DNA from: a virus
Taxonomy: Duplodnaviria > Caudoviricetes
IMG/VR virus record: IMGVR_UViG_3300037502_003070
Span: 1-57,075 of that record
Reading direction: 5' to 3' (one strand)
DNA length: 57,075 nt
The translations under genes were made by a program, and so were the position numbers. Shown here one piece after another: positions 1-10,387 of the stretch (the stretch's first letter is position 1; every line of letters begins with the position of its first letter). A model generated the notes under the pieces. The model was not told the origin of the DNA. It searched no databases and saw only the letters and a program-made list of their open reading frames with translations.

Positions 1-718
1 GCCCGATCATACTTGCGGGCGATCGCACCGACGCGAAATTTATTCGCAAGCGGATAATCCGGGCACCGATCGTCGTTGATTCCGACGAAATCGGCCCCGA
101 TGAATTCGGCATACCGCCTGAACCGCGGCCAAGTGATTTTAGATAGGTCGATCGCCTTTTGGCCGGTGGCGACGGAAACGACTGCCAGGGAGTGATTCGG
201 TTCGGCCGGCGGGTCAAGGCTGAACGCAATCGGGACGGTATCGGGTGTCTGTTTTTTGGTCGGGTGGCAAACTGGGCACCGTTCTAGCCCCTTTTCGCTG
301 AACACACTGGACCCGCATTGATCGCAGTTCCACCGCACCCGCAGCCATCGACCAGCCGGACAGCGTGCCGTTGGGATCTCGACCCCGACGTGTATTAGGC
401 ACGGCCGGTCGGGCTGAATTGTCTTCAATTCCATGCAGGCGCCGCCGGAATTGCTCGGGCATCGCTCGCAAATCGATTCGCGGTCGATTTGATACGCGAT
501 CGGTCCGGGCTCGCACTTGTGGCGATAATTCGGGTAAGCCGCCCGGTATGCCCCGCAGTCCGGGCAGTGAAAATCAATTCGGGCTTTCGTCGGAACCGCC
601 TTTGCGATTTTTTTTCCGCTGATTTCCTCGATCGCTGACCGCCGAGCCGTAACACCCCTGGCAGCCCCGCCAATCTGGACAAGTTCCGGCGACTCCGATT
701 TCCTAGGCGAACACCCCA

Positions 719-2335
719 TCAGGTCACCTCGCACGGGCACGGACGGCCGCCGGTAATTGTCCCGGTGATCGTCCAGGTAAATACCACGCCGCCGACCGTC
801 ATCGTCCCGGATCCGGTGATTTCGTTGCAATCAGTTAGGATCGCGTCGAGAACGGCGGCCGAAAACGGCCCATCAGGCATCACAAAATCTAGGCTGATTT
901 GCAGGTTCGGGGCACAGTCTGACGTGCCGAGCGTAACTCGGGCGCGACCGTGGGGCGGATTCGACGGGGCGCAAGTCTGTGACGTGTCCTCGACATCGAC
1001 CATCAGGCCATTATCCCGCGGGCATAAAACGCCGTCCACAAGCTGGCAGATACCAAAATGCTTGCTTAGGCCAGTGCCGTGCTTCCGGATTTCCGCGGTG
1101 TCGGTCGTTCCCCCGCAAAATACGTTACTGTCGGCAGTAATTTCGATCAGCAGTTCGGTTAATTGGGTGGGGCCGCCAATTTCGTACAGTTCACCGAATT
1201 GCGGATCCTCTTGGGCGGTCTCGCAAAAATCCTTTGACAACGGCCAATAGCAATCGCACACGCAATGGGGAGGGCAGCAGCATCCCGAATTATCCTCTTC
1301 GCACGACTCAAAGCCGAACGTCGCCCCCAGGGTGGTTGCTTCGTCGACTTCGACCACGATTGAGACCTCGCCAAGAACGTAAGCTTCGCAATAGATATCG
1401 GCGCAGTCCGCAGCCAGCGAAACCGAGTATTCCGTCTCTGATTTGGTCCCAAAGTTGACCGAGCCGCCATCGTCCGGCGGGGTGTTCGGGTCGGTCGATC
1501 CATCCGCAGGATTCACGGCCGGGGAGTTGTCGGTCAGCGTCCACGGATTATCAAACGTCACCGATACTGAGTATTCCTTCGCCGGATCCCATCGGGGCGG
1601 GATTATCTCGATTTCGACATCGAGCCCTTCGCCGGGACAATATAAGCCGGCCGGTCCGGTGGTGTCGATCGACGCAAGCAGGCGGTAACCGCTGGCCGAC
1701 TCCGAAACCTGCCAAACCTTCCCCTGGTAGTACACCGGCGCGTCGACCGCCGGTAGTACCAAATAACAGCACGGCTCGCAGTCCGGCCCGTCGCAGCATC
1801 GCGGGGAGTCCGGGCACCGTTCTATTTCAATTTCGAGCGACCATTCGGGCTCGTCTAGTCCGATCGTCAGGTAGGCCAGAAACAACGGCGAATCGAGCCA
1901 GCACTTTGAAAACGCAATGGTGGCGGAGAATTCCTGATCCGTGATCTCGACCCAATCGATCAGGCCGCGGTCAAAAACTTTGGTCGCTTCCGGCGATTCC
2001 GATACATGGCCCCAGGCCGCGCCGTAAAAAGCGAATCCGCCGGTCGGTTCGCCGCCAGGAGGGGTTACGCCAAACGCAACGGTGATCGATTCGCCATCGC
2101 ACACGACACGCTGAAATTTGCTGGGTACGGTGATTTTGATAGAGATTTCGGTTTCGCCGACAATCTCCGTTCCGATCAAATCGCCCGAATCATCGAACGT
2201 CCCCCAATTGATCCGAATACAGCACGGCGGACACGCCGGCGGGGGCGGATAGTAATAGCAGCAGCAATCGGGATCGGTGGTGAGTGAATCGCCACCGATC
2301 AAAAGAGGTAGCCCGCCGAGGGTGATAAGCGGCAT
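719..2335 (-). CDS. Cys-rich acidic distal tail/fibre-like protein
   Basis: 538-aa ORF, last in the tail operon; Cys clusters (CCC, CPPCC, CEPCC, CCCPPHCVCDC) and internal repeats. Confidence 0.6.
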   Translation of the reverse strand: MPLITLGGLPLLIGGDSLTTDPDCCCYYYPPPPACPPCCIRINWGTFDDSGDLIGTEIVGETEISIKITVPSKFQRVVCDGESITVAFGVTPPGGEPTGGFAFYGAAWGHVSESPEATKVFDRGLIDWVEITDQEFSATIAFSKCWLDSPLFLAYLTIGLDEPEWSLEIEIERCPDSPRCCDGPDCEPCCYLVLPAVDAPVYYQGKVWQVSESASGYRLLASIDTTGPAGLYCPGEGLDVEIEIIPPRWDPAKEYSVSVTFDNPWTLTDNSPAVNPADGSTDPNTPPDDGGSVNFGTKSETEYSVSLAADCADIYCEAYVLGEVSIVVEVDEATTLGATFGFESCEEDNSGCCCPPHCVCDCYWPLSKDFCETAQEDPQFGELYEIGGPTQLTELLIEITADSNVFCGGTTDTAEIRKHGTGLSKHFGICQLVDGVLCPRDNGLMVDVEDTSQTCAPSNPPHGRARVTLGTSDCAPNLQISLDFVMPDGPFSAAVLDAILTDCNEITGSGTMTVGGVVFTWTITGTITGGRPCPCEVT

Positions 2336-2339
2336 AAAA

Positions 2340-2732
2340 TCACGCCGGGGCGATGATCCGGATCGCGGTTACCCGAACATTCGTACTGGCGGCCGACGCC
2401 TTTAGCTCGATTAAATCGGGGTCGACGTGGGGAAGGACCATCGCCGGATCGTTGGGACGTAATGACCCCATCACCGCGGTAAACGTTCCTGAAATATCGC
2501 GTCCGACTTCAACCGTCGCGGTCGTCGATAAATTCTTGATGACGAGCATACAAGGATCGGCAACGGCTCCGGTATCAATCGTCGCTTCGGTCGTTCCGAC
2601 GACGTTCACCACTTCCGCGGCTACGTCGCTCGTACTGTTGACCGACGCCGATTCCGGCTGAATCGTCCCGGTTTTGACCAAATTGTTCGACGTGACTTGG
2701 ATTTGCAAACTGGTATTGATCGCGACGGCCAT
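2340..2732 (-). CDS. Small beta-rich virion protein
   Basis: 130-aa ORF tightly packed in the tail operon; Thr/Val/Ala-rich. Confidence 0.6.
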   Translation of the reverse strand: MAVAINTSLQIQVTSNNLVKTGTIQPESASVNSTSDVAAEVVNVVGTTEATIDTGAVADPCMLVIKNLSTTATVEVGRDISGTFTAVMGSLRPNDPAMVLPHVDPDLIELKASAASTNVRVTAIRIIAPA

Positions 2733-2741
2733 TTCTTTCCC

Positions 2742-5222
2742 TTATGGTTCGGTTGGCGGACATTCGGCAAGTTCGATTGTAGCGGGCGAAGCGGAATTAT
2801 ACCCGCAAACTAGAATCGTTGACCGGGTAAATGCCAAGTAGCCGGGGGCGGCCGGGTTGTTTTCTGGATTGCTGCACGGCGACTGGACCGGCGAACCGGC
2901 AACGCTTGGATCTGCTGGCGGAGACGCCGGCGGGCTCGATACGCACCCGGACGCGCAAGGAGTCGTCAACACCCAAGAGGAAGTAGCAGGATTCCAGGTG
3001 TATTCCGCGTAGCCCTCGCACGCCGGGACGGGCGGGACAAGGTAGGCATTTGTTACTACGTCAATGCTTTGCAAAGTGGGTTCCGTTGTCCCAAGTTCCG
3101 GCTCTGATCCGCACGGGAACGCCAGTATAGACTGCCGAACGTAATTGATCGCACACCCCGTATCGTCATAAGCCACCGCCGAAACAAAATCAATTTCTTC
3201 GGGCTCGCCGAGCATCGCCGAACGGGTGGCGTGGGCGACATAGACCCCGGAATGCGGATCCAAATCGGCGTAGACCTCGCAAGGCTCGCAAGGCTCCCCC
3301 AAGGGGTAGACCACCACGACCGGATCGCCACAACTTTCGGGATCTTCCCCGTACCAGTAGTCCAAAATTTCCGGGGTTCCGCCCGTGTATTGAAACAAAA
3401 TCATCCGGGCACGCCGCCGGGCCGCGTCGCGAATTTCCCACCGCGGGGTCGGTGTATTGGTGTAATCACAATCGACAATTTCCTCGCCGGATTCATCGAC
3501 CGGCGGCCGGCAGGCATCGGTCACAAGCTGCAGAATGACCGGCGAATTGCAAATCCCGTCAATTTTCCAAGGGTTTTGGAATTCAATTTTCCGCAGTTCA
3601 TCGATTCCCGGCGGTTCGAGGACGTGGGGGAATGTCGACCGAACCTTGACAAATTCGGCCGATCCGGTGCCGTCGTTTCCCGTCAGTGATTCGTCTAGGG
3701 TCGCTTCAATCTCGAACCCGTCAAGTTTCTGGGCGAACGCATCGTAAACCCACCCTGGCAGTCCGCTCTCACCTCCCAAATCGACCGAACACTGATAATG
3801 GCAAAGTATCTGATCGCATTCCTTGAGTGGTGGCAAGCAATCAAGCGAAATCACCCGCAGCAAAATCGGCCGGCGGTCTGAGCCGAAATAAGGACCATCG
3901 GCGACCACGATTTGAGCTTCTGCCCATCCGTCGTCGTCTTCATCAAACGTGAGCCGAAAAACTGCCGAATCGGTCGGATGGACGTAAACTTCGGGATCCT
4001 GGCAGAGTGACGTGATCGGATAGAAATTCGGCGGCAAGCTTTGGATATGCGTCGATACCGCATCGGGATCGTCGGTGCCGGCGACTCGATAAGAGACGTA
4101 ATCGTCCCGACCGGTCAACTGCCAGGGGTGGATTCCGGGAAGCGAAGCGGCATAAGAGCGGTTATTCCAGGCCGCGTAAGTTTCGGCCAAATAGACGCAT
4201 GACAAACGGAATTTTTCGGCCGCGGCGGCGTCTACCACGATTTCCGGGGTGCCGGATACCCTCTCTCGGAAATGCCTAACAAACCAGGGGGAGTGGATTG
4301 TCGGTCGTAGGGGTCCATTTCCGAACGCGAACGAATGCGAGTAGGGATATCGTTCCTTGCATTCGTTGGAGTGATCGACGACGGCCCGGCCGATAAATCG
4401 AACCGACGCCGGGTGAATGTTGGCGGGTAAGTCTCCGCCCATCCAAGGGGCCATTGGCGCGACATTGGGGTTAAATCCTTGCGGGGAATCGAACCAGCAG
4501 ACAAGGCCATTAGAGACAAACCGGGGGACTACTCGATAGCCGATCGAGAGAGCAATCGTTTCCATTGCTACCGAGTAGCCAAGCCCCGGATTATCGAAGG
4601 TTTCGCGGTCAGGAACGCCGGCCGACGCTGGCGGCTGTTGAAAATTGGCCGGCGGGAATGCCGGGTTGCTGATCCGGTTGATAATTTGAGCCCAAGTCTC
4701 TCCCTGGGTGCTTTGTGTCAAAATCGCGTCGCGAATTACGGAATAACGGATATCGACGAGCGGCAAAAGCCAAAGGTTATTACCGCCCGTCGCGTCAAGC
4801 CGAACCGGCGGAAGCGCGAACATCGGCCAAGCAAACGCCCCTTGGTAGTTGAGCTCGAGAAGTCCAGAAGCATTCGACAGCCCCCACGATAGCGGGATAT
4901 ACGATAAATCCCCAGCGTATCCCCACAATTGGCCGGCGATTGCGGCCATCTGTTCTCGCCCGAAAACGAATAATCCCCGGCCGTATCGGGTCGCACCCGT
5001 CGGGATTATCACTTCATTGAGCCGTGGGGCCGGAATGTCGGGATATGGCAAGTGGAATCGGGCAGAATTTGTTCCCGAAAACGGGTCCGCGGTTAGTTCA
5101 AACGTCAGGCGATCGTGGGACGCCGGCCATCGACTTTCCGGCCATCGCTGAGCGGTGAACCGTTCTAGTGTCTTGCTAACGTCCAGGGCAGCCGGTTGAC
5201 CGCAAAAATACACGCCCGACAT
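2742..5222 (-). CDS. Large tail/baseplate-hub-like protein with Cys/Pro-rich C-terminus
   Basis: Start MSGVYF at 5222 forms a TGATG overlap with the upstream stop; position in tail module. Confidence 0.6.
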   Translation of the reverse strand: MSGVYFCGQPAALDVSKTLERFTAQRWPESRWPASHDRLTFELTADPFSGTNSARFHLPYPDIPAPRLNEVIIPTGATRYGRGLFVFGREQMAAIAGQLWGYAGDLSYIPLSWGLSNASGLLELNYQGAFAWPMFALPPVRLDATGGNNLWLLPLVDIRYSVIRDAILTQSTQGETWAQIINRISNPAFPPANFQQPPASAGVPDRETFDNPGLGYSVAMETIALSIGYRVVPRFVSNGLVCWFDSPQGFNPNVAPMAPWMGGDLPANIHPASVRFIGRAVVDHSNECKERYPYSHSFAFGNGPLRPTIHSPWFVRHFRERVSGTPEIVVDAAAAEKFRLSCVYLAETYAAWNNRSYAASLPGIHPWQLTGRDDYVSYRVAGTDDPDAVSTHIQSLPPNFYPITSLCQDPEVYVHPTDSAVFRLTFDEDDDGWAEAQIVVADGPYFGSDRRPILLRVISLDCLPPLKECDQILCHYQCSVDLGGESGLPGWVYDAFAQKLDGFEIEATLDESLTGNDGTGSAEFVKVRSTFPHVLEPPGIDELRKIEFQNPWKIDGICNSPVILQLVTDACRPPVDESGEEIVDCDYTNTPTPRWEIRDAARRRARMILFQYTGGTPEILDYWYGEDPESCGDPVVVVYPLGEPCEPCEVYADLDPHSGVYVAHATRSAMLGEPEEIDFVSAVAYDDTGCAINYVRQSILAFPCGSEPELGTTEPTLQSIDVVTNAYLVPPVPACEGYAEYTWNPATSSWVLTTPCASGCVSSPPASPPADPSVAGSPVQSPCSNPENNPAAPGYLAFTRSTILVCGYNSASPATIELAECPPTEP

Positions 5223-5758
5223 CAGCTTACGTCCCAATCGAAAGCGGTAGAGACAACAAGCTTCATCGCGACGGCATTTGCCTTGCCGATTATTACGTCG
5301 GCCGGCGCGTCAGAATTGAGCGGTGAAAGTTGGTCACGCAACAGCGGCTGATCGCCGTCGCGGGGTTCCCATCCGTCATCAAAACCGAAAAGAGCCTTTA
5401 GAATCGCAGTTTTCCACTGGTAGATTCCCCAGGTATTGCCATCGTCCCCGGTCAATCGCTGGCCATTTTGCCGGGGGCGGTCAAGGTTGACGATTACGAT
5501 CGGTGTAATAATTACCGATCCATCCTCGGTAATCGTCGCCGATCCGGCGCCGGCGAACATTTGACCGACAAAGCTTCCGGCGCCAGGCGAGACGGTGACC
5601 GCGTATCGGCCGCCAGGGAGGGTTACGGGGATCGCTTGGTCAGAAATGAAACAGTTCTGGTCGTTAAGCCGCTCGATTTTGTCGCGCAGTCTGGCGACGA
5701 TCGACTGCAGGATCTTTTCCTGAGTCGTTCGGCTGCGCAATTCGGGGTCGATCGTCAT
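5222..5758 (-). CDS. Tail protein (tail completion-like)
   Basis: 178-aa ORF translationally coupled on both sides within the tail operon. Confidence 0.5.
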   Translation of the reverse strand: MTIDPELRSRTTQEKILQSIVARLRDKIERLNDQNCFISDQAIPVTLPGGRYAVTVSPGAGSFVGQMFAGAGSATITEDGSVIITPIVIVNLDRPRQNGQRLTGDDGNTWGIYQWKTAILKALFGFDDGWEPRDGDQPLLRDQLSPLNSDAPADVIIGKANAVAMKLVVSTAFDWDVS

Positions 5759-7653
5759 TGAAGCCCTTGAACCTGTTCTGAGGAAAGGTCAAGCCAGTTA
5801 TCTTGCGGGGTCAGGCGGTCGATTTGACTGACCGCGCCTTTTAATTTTGCGAAATTCGACACCCCGGTCTCAAGTAAATAGACGTATTCCGACACTACTG
5901 AAAACCGGCGACCGCTTCCATCGGCAAGCAGTTCCGGGGACTTGATAGTGTACGAAAAGCTTTCGAGCACTTCCCGCGACATATTTTGGTCGACCGCTTC
6001 CTCGACAAGCAGGGGAACCGCGGGCATTCTTCCGTCCCTCGTGGAAGTGACCGTGAAAACGCGACGGCTTACCCTGCCATGAAGCTTCGCCAGCAGACTT
6101 CTATTTCCCTGGGTGTCCGCAAGCGGCATCTGAGCCCACCCGGTTTTGGTTTCGTGCCGTTGGACTAGCTCAACGAATTGATACGGGAAATCGTAAATAT
6201 TATCCCGCGGGTTATTTTCGTACTTCGGTCGAAGATAAGTTTCATCCGCCGGTAGTGGGTCGGGGGTAGTCTCGATTTCCGATTGATCAGGGTAGCCCGC
6301 CGGCTTTACCTCGGGTCGGGTAGGCGGCGAAATGTACCCCGGCGAAACGCCTTGCGGGAATCCGTGCCAAATTGAGCAAGGCGACTGGAGATAACAGGCA
6401 AACGTTCCGGCAGGGGTCGGCGAATCAAACGGCAGGGGAACGGGCCATACGCGGGGGTCGTAGTTTTCGATTTCGTATGGGTCGGTCCCGGTTAATGAAG
6501 TAAGTGGTTGACCTATTCTGCGCATTCGAAGGGCAAGCGACCTTGGTTCTGCTGCTTCTGCTGTGTAGTTGACTTGTACCCTCAATTCTATTGACGGCTC
6601 ATTAAGTACATTCACGACAGAGGCATTTTTAATGCTTACGTTCTGAGATTGCCTTTTGCCCCCCACCCATGTTGGAACAAGTCCCGTAATTCTATCAGTT
6701 GCGACCTTGCCGGCTGAAGCTATAAGCGATGTTTTGTCTACTCCCGGCGGTCCAGTAAGTTTCACCGACACTTCGGCGCCTAAAATCGATCCGTTGCCGC
6801 TTGCGCTTTCTGCGTAATGAGCCCTCCAACTAATCGCCGGCCAAGGCGGGGCAGCGTGGGATTGCCGATCTTCAATTTGATATTTGAGGACAAGCCCGGT
6901 TGGGTCGTCGGTAAATTTCTGCCGAACTCGTTGATAACCCGCCAGGAGGGGCGGAATAACCAAAAATCGCATCAGATGGGGCCAGTGGGCATGATTCACG
7001 ACTCGGAGAGTTCCGGATATCGTCCGGGTCGTGATCCAGTTTTCGTCCTTGCTTTCGTCCAGGCTCCATCGGTTGCTGAGAACTCGATTGTCGCCGGCCA
7101 CGGGGCCGAACCCGACCGGCGGTAGGTCGTAATTTCCAAGGCACAATCGGCGGGTAACTTCGATCTCAAAAATCACCCGGATTGATCGGCCGCCGATTAT
7201 CTTCTCGACCCGAACCGCCCGCGGCTTAGGGCCGTTATCTACGTCAATCACTGACGACCGGGCTACGGTGCTTGTAATTTGGTCCGATAGCGGGTGTGCC
7301 GCCATCGCTCCATCCGGTATCCCGGTTGCGACCAGGAGGGAGCCGTCAACACCAGAACCCGCCGGACCGGCTTCATTCGTTACCCCGCCGTCAACCAAAA
7401 GCCAAAAATCCTTGCGGGGCTCCCAGAGGCGGGAGTTAATATCGGTCATTCGCTCGACCGCCGACGATCCCGCCGGGGTGTCGATTCCGAATTGTGGCGA
7501 GGTGTGGATTGCTACCAGGGTGGACGCTACGCGAATCGTAAATCTTGAGCTAATTACGTCGGTGCCGCTTTCATCAAACTGGACTGATTGTTCGAAAGAT
7601 TGAGTTTCGCAATCCCGGAGCGTGACACCGTTGTAAATTACAGTAGTGGCCAT
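5755..7653 (-). CDS. Tail protein downstream of tape measure (distal tail-like)
   Basis: 632-aa ORF, coupled to neighbours; assignment by synteny. Confidence 0.55.
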   Translation of the reverse strand: MATTVIYNGVTLRDCETQSFEQSVQFDESGTDVISSRFTIRVASTLVAIHTSPQFGIDTPAGSSAVERMTDINSRLWEPRKDFWLLVDGGVTNEAGPAGSGVDGSLLVATGIPDGAMAAHPLSDQITSTVARSSVIDVDNGPKPRAVRVEKIIGGRSIRVIFEIEVTRRLCLGNYDLPPVGFGPVAGDNRVLSNRWSLDESKDENWITTRTISGTLRVVNHAHWPHLMRFLVIPPLLAGYQRVRQKFTDDPTGLVLKYQIEDRQSHAAPPWPAISWRAHYAESASGNGSILGAEVSVKLTGPPGVDKTSLIASAGKVATDRITGLVPTWVGGKRQSQNVSIKNASVVNVLNEPSIELRVQVNYTAEAAEPRSLALRMRRIGQPLTSLTGTDPYEIENYDPRVWPVPLPFDSPTPAGTFACYLQSPCSIWHGFPQGVSPGYISPPTRPEVKPAGYPDQSEIETTPDPLPADETYLRPKYENNPRDNIYDFPYQFVELVQRHETKTGWAQMPLADTQGNRSLLAKLHGRVSRRVFTVTSTRDGRMPAVPLLVEEAVDQNMSREVLESFSYTIKSPELLADGSGRRFSVVSEYVYLLETGVSNFAKLKGAVSQIDRLTPQDNWLDLSSEQVQGLQ

Positions 7654-8645
7654 TATCGATTGAATATCTCCCTTGGCCCGCCAAATTCCGGTCTTTTTCC
7701 GTCAAGCTTTCCGTCTGAAACATCGGCAAGAAATGCCTGCCAAGCAGTGAGTTCTGGCTCTTCGAAAGCGCCAGGGAAAAGCATTCTTATTTCTCGAACG
7801 GTCGAAGATATAGTATCGGTTATTCCAGTGATTTTATTGGCGTAGTTTACTATCCATGTAACCCCCGTCAGTAATTGAACAAATCCGGCACTAATTTCGT
7901 TTGATACCTCAGAAATGCTGTCTTTTAATTCTGATTGCTCTCGCAATAACCCTTGCAACGGCCCCGACATTGTTTCGGCACGCCGAACGCCCCGCTGTAT
8001 TTCGTCCGCGTCGAATTGAGCGTAGGCCGCCGCTAGTCCGCCCTCGTATTCGCTGAGCCCACGATTGAGCGACAAAACCCCGGTGTTCATCAATTCCAGG
8101 CCGCGGACTAGCCCGGTAACGACCGTCGTTGCCCTGACCGCTATCCCGGCGAAATCACTCACTGACGAAATCGCGGAAGAAAATGCCGCACCGATCCCGC
8201 TTCCCGGCTGATTTGACGGCGGCTGGCCGGGTGCCGATCCAGGCGGGGCCGGTGGCGGTGGCGGCGGCGGACCTGCGGCCGATCCTGCCGGCTGAGCCGA
8301 ATTGCTTCCCGACGGAGTTGAAACCCCTCCTGGCTGCGTCGCCGCGGTCAGGATTCGGCTGAACCGTGCCGAAAATCGACGTTGAAAAAGCTCGTCGGGA
8401 ACCGCACCGGCCGGCGCGTCGGCTAGCTCGTCGTCGCTGATTTCTTCTCCGGCCTGAATCCGTTCAAGAAACGATTGCCGCATTGACTCGATATCGGAAG
8501 TGGGCTCGCTAGCCCCTTCCTTTTCGCCAAGCAATCGCGGGAGCCCGGAGATAAACCGGATCCCGCTTCCGATCATTCCACGGCCGCCGGAAGTGATCGC
8601 CGCACCGCCGATCCCGCGAAGTAATGCGCCGATGATCGGAATCAC
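7653..8645 (-). CDS. Putative short tape measure protein
   Basis: Follows the frameshifted chaperone pair; Ala/Gly/Ser-rich and helical with hydrophobic stretches. Confidence 0.55.
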   Translation of the reverse strand: MIPIIGALLRGIGGAAITSGGRGMIGSGIRFISGLPRLLGEKEGASEPTSDIESMRQSFLERIQAGEEISDDELADAPAGAVPDELFQRRFSARFSRILTAATQPGGVSTPSGSNSAQPAGSAAGPPPPPPPAPPGSAPGQPPSNQPGSGIGAAFSSAISSVSDFAGIAVRATTVVTGLVRGLELMNTGVLSLNRGLSEYEGGLAAAYAQFDADEIQRGVRRAETMSGPLQGLLREQSELKDSISEVSNEISAGFVQLLTGVTWIVNYANKITGITDTISSTVREIRMLFPGAFEEPELTAWQAFLADVSDGKLDGKRPEFGGPREIFNR

Positions 8646-8911
8646 TTACTCACCTGGGAAAGCGTGAATTGATATTGGTCGTAAGCGTACTTCGCCTCGT
8701 CTGGCGATTCGCAAACGCTGTTAAACCACGATGGGGTTAGTGTACCAAAATAAGAGGCAACGCCAGAACGAACCACCGCAGATTGCCGGACTTCTTCCCG
8801 CCGTCGGTTCAACCAGAGGCCGAAGAATCGCTCGTAATCGGTTCGTTCGACGCTGGCAAGGTCGATTCCGTAGAGGGAGGCGAGATCGGCGAAGTATCGG
8901 TACTTTTTTTT
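8642..8911 (-). CDS. Tail assembly chaperone, -1 frameshift C-terminal part (lambda gpT-like)
   Basis: Overlaps the upstream ORF in the -1 frame from an A8 run (CTA AAA AAA AGT -> AAA AAA AAG TAC). Confidence 0.75.
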   Translation of the reverse strand, partial: KKKYRYFADLASLYGIDLASVERTDYERFFGLWLNRRREEVRQSAVVRSGVASYFGTLTPSWFNSVCESPDEAKYAYDQYQFTLSQVSK

Positions 8912-9213
8912 AGCGTCAGGCAATAGGCGTCAAACGCCAGCATCAGTTCAAGTAGTTCCGAAATCGTTAATCCGCGGCCGGATCCGGAAAGAGAATTGAC
9001 ACGAAAAACGGTCTGAGCCGTTTTCGCGACGACTGCCAGGGCGAGTTCGTCACCCTTGGCCGCGTCGAATAGGTGCCGTTCGGTGAATTCCGGGTGATCG
9101 CGAAGGGCCATTGCGACCGCGATCGGATCGGCGGCGCGGATTCGCTCGCCATCGTAGAAGCGAAAGATTGACCGGCGCCGATTCCATAGCCATCGGCGAA
9201 TAAATCCAAACAT
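8809..9213 (-). CDS. Tail assembly chaperone (lambda gpG-like)
   Basis: 134-aa ORF between tail tube and tape measure; contains slippery A_AAA_AAA followed by a low-complexity Ser/Thr tail. Confidence 0.75.
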   Translation of the reverse strand: MFGFIRRWLWNRRRSIFRFYDGERIRAADPIAVAMALRDHPEFTERHLFDAAKGDELALAVVAKTAQTVFRVNSLSGSGRGLTISELLELMLAFDAYCLTLKKSTDTSPISPPSTESTLPASNEPITSDSSASG

Positions 9214-9233
9214 GATTCAACCCTTGGTGGGCG

Positions 9234-9845
9234 TTACTGAAGTGACCCGTTAAGCCACGACGGAACCAAAGACGAATCGCGATTATAGACTACCCCGACG
9301 TTATTTGCATTTGTCAAAGCGTAATAATGCCCGACGGGTACGCGGTGAGCTTCGAAGCTGAACGAAAGAACGGAAAATTTCGTTCCCTGCCCGCATTCGA
9401 CCGGATCGCCGACGACGCAACACGGGAAATTTCGGAAAAACCAGTCTTTTCCGGCGTCCTGTTCCCCGAACGGGATCGGGTTCGATTTGCTCGGTGCGAT
9501 CACGATTCGGAACGACCGATCCCGCAGTAATAACGAGCCGATTTCGGCGTCGGTGATCCGACCCTCGACTGCGTTGACGTTATGCGCCTCAATCAGCCTT
9601 TTCACCGCCGGATCCCATCGACTGAGCGAAAATTGACCGCGGACGATCATGCCGAGTTGCTGTTTTTCAATCGGCGGTCCTTGCGGTCCCCCGTGAGAAT
9701 CGCCGGGCACGTCATGGGTAAACTTCTGGACGGAAAGCCGGGTCTCGTCCATCTGTTCGCCGATCTTTAGGAGCGTCGAATAGTTGTTTCCGGGGAACCC
9801 GATATACAATTTCGACGATCCGGCGACCTGAATGTATTCCGGCAT
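9234..9845 (-). CDS. Putative major tail tube protein
   Basis: 203-aa beta-rich ORF directly upstream of the chaperone pair. Confidence 0.6.
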   Translation of the reverse strand: MPEYIQVAGSSKLYIGFPGNNYSTLLKIGEQMDETRLSVQKFTHDVPGDSHGGPQGPPIEKQQLGMIVRGQFSLSRWDPAVKRLIEAHNVNAVEGRITDAEIGSLLLRDRSFRIVIAPSKSNPIPFGEQDAGKDWFFRNFPCCVVGDPVECGQGTKFSVLSFSFEAHRVPVGHYYALTNANNVGVVYNRDSSLVPSWLNGSLQ

Positions 9846-10354
9846 TATCGGCCCCTCGGAAGTCTGCTATCTGGTACGGGAAAGTATCGGCCCATTCGGA
9901 CCGTTAAATCGTTGCGGTTTTCCAGGTCAACGACGGAAGGTCCGCCGATATCAATTACGCTTGCGTCAATTACCGACGGCAAGCCGAAAACGTTTTCGCC
10001 CCGCATAAGGGCCTGAATTGCGTCGCGGGAGTTCTTTGTCAGCCGGTCAATCATGTCGCCATCGGCGGCCTCGGGACGACGCTGATAAAGCGCCGCCATC
10101 GCCAAGCCGCAGACGATCCGCTTTAGGTGCGACAACGCGCCGCCGGTCAATCCCGAAAGCTGGCTGACAGTGTATCGACCGCCGGCCAGCAGTGCCGCCT
10201 CGACCTCCCCGGAAGCATCTTCAAGGGCTACCGCCACTTTGGTTGACGTAGCGACCAAATCGCGATCTTGCGTCGCTCGATCGTCGGTCGCTAAGTCTCC
10301 GATCAGATCGACATCGTATCTGTCGATCAGGTCTTGTCCGGTTGCGTAGGCCAT
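9845..10354 (-). CDS. Head-tail connector, Mu gp36/DUF1320-like
   Basis: N-terminus MAYAT..DLIDRY and motif ALEDASGEVEAAL..GRY; directly follows the capsid gene. Confidence 0.8.
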   Translation of the reverse strand: MAYATGQDLIDRYDVDLIGDLATDDRATQDRDLVATSTKVAVALEDASGEVEAALLAGGRYTVSQLSGLTGGALSHLKRIVCGLAMAALYQRRPEAADGDMIDRLTKNSRDAIQALMRGENVFGLPSVIDASVIDIGGPSVVDLENRNDLTVRMGRYFPVPDSRLPRGR

Positions 10355-10387
10355 TGCTGCCAGGGAGGGTTACGGGTCGGGTTGCGA

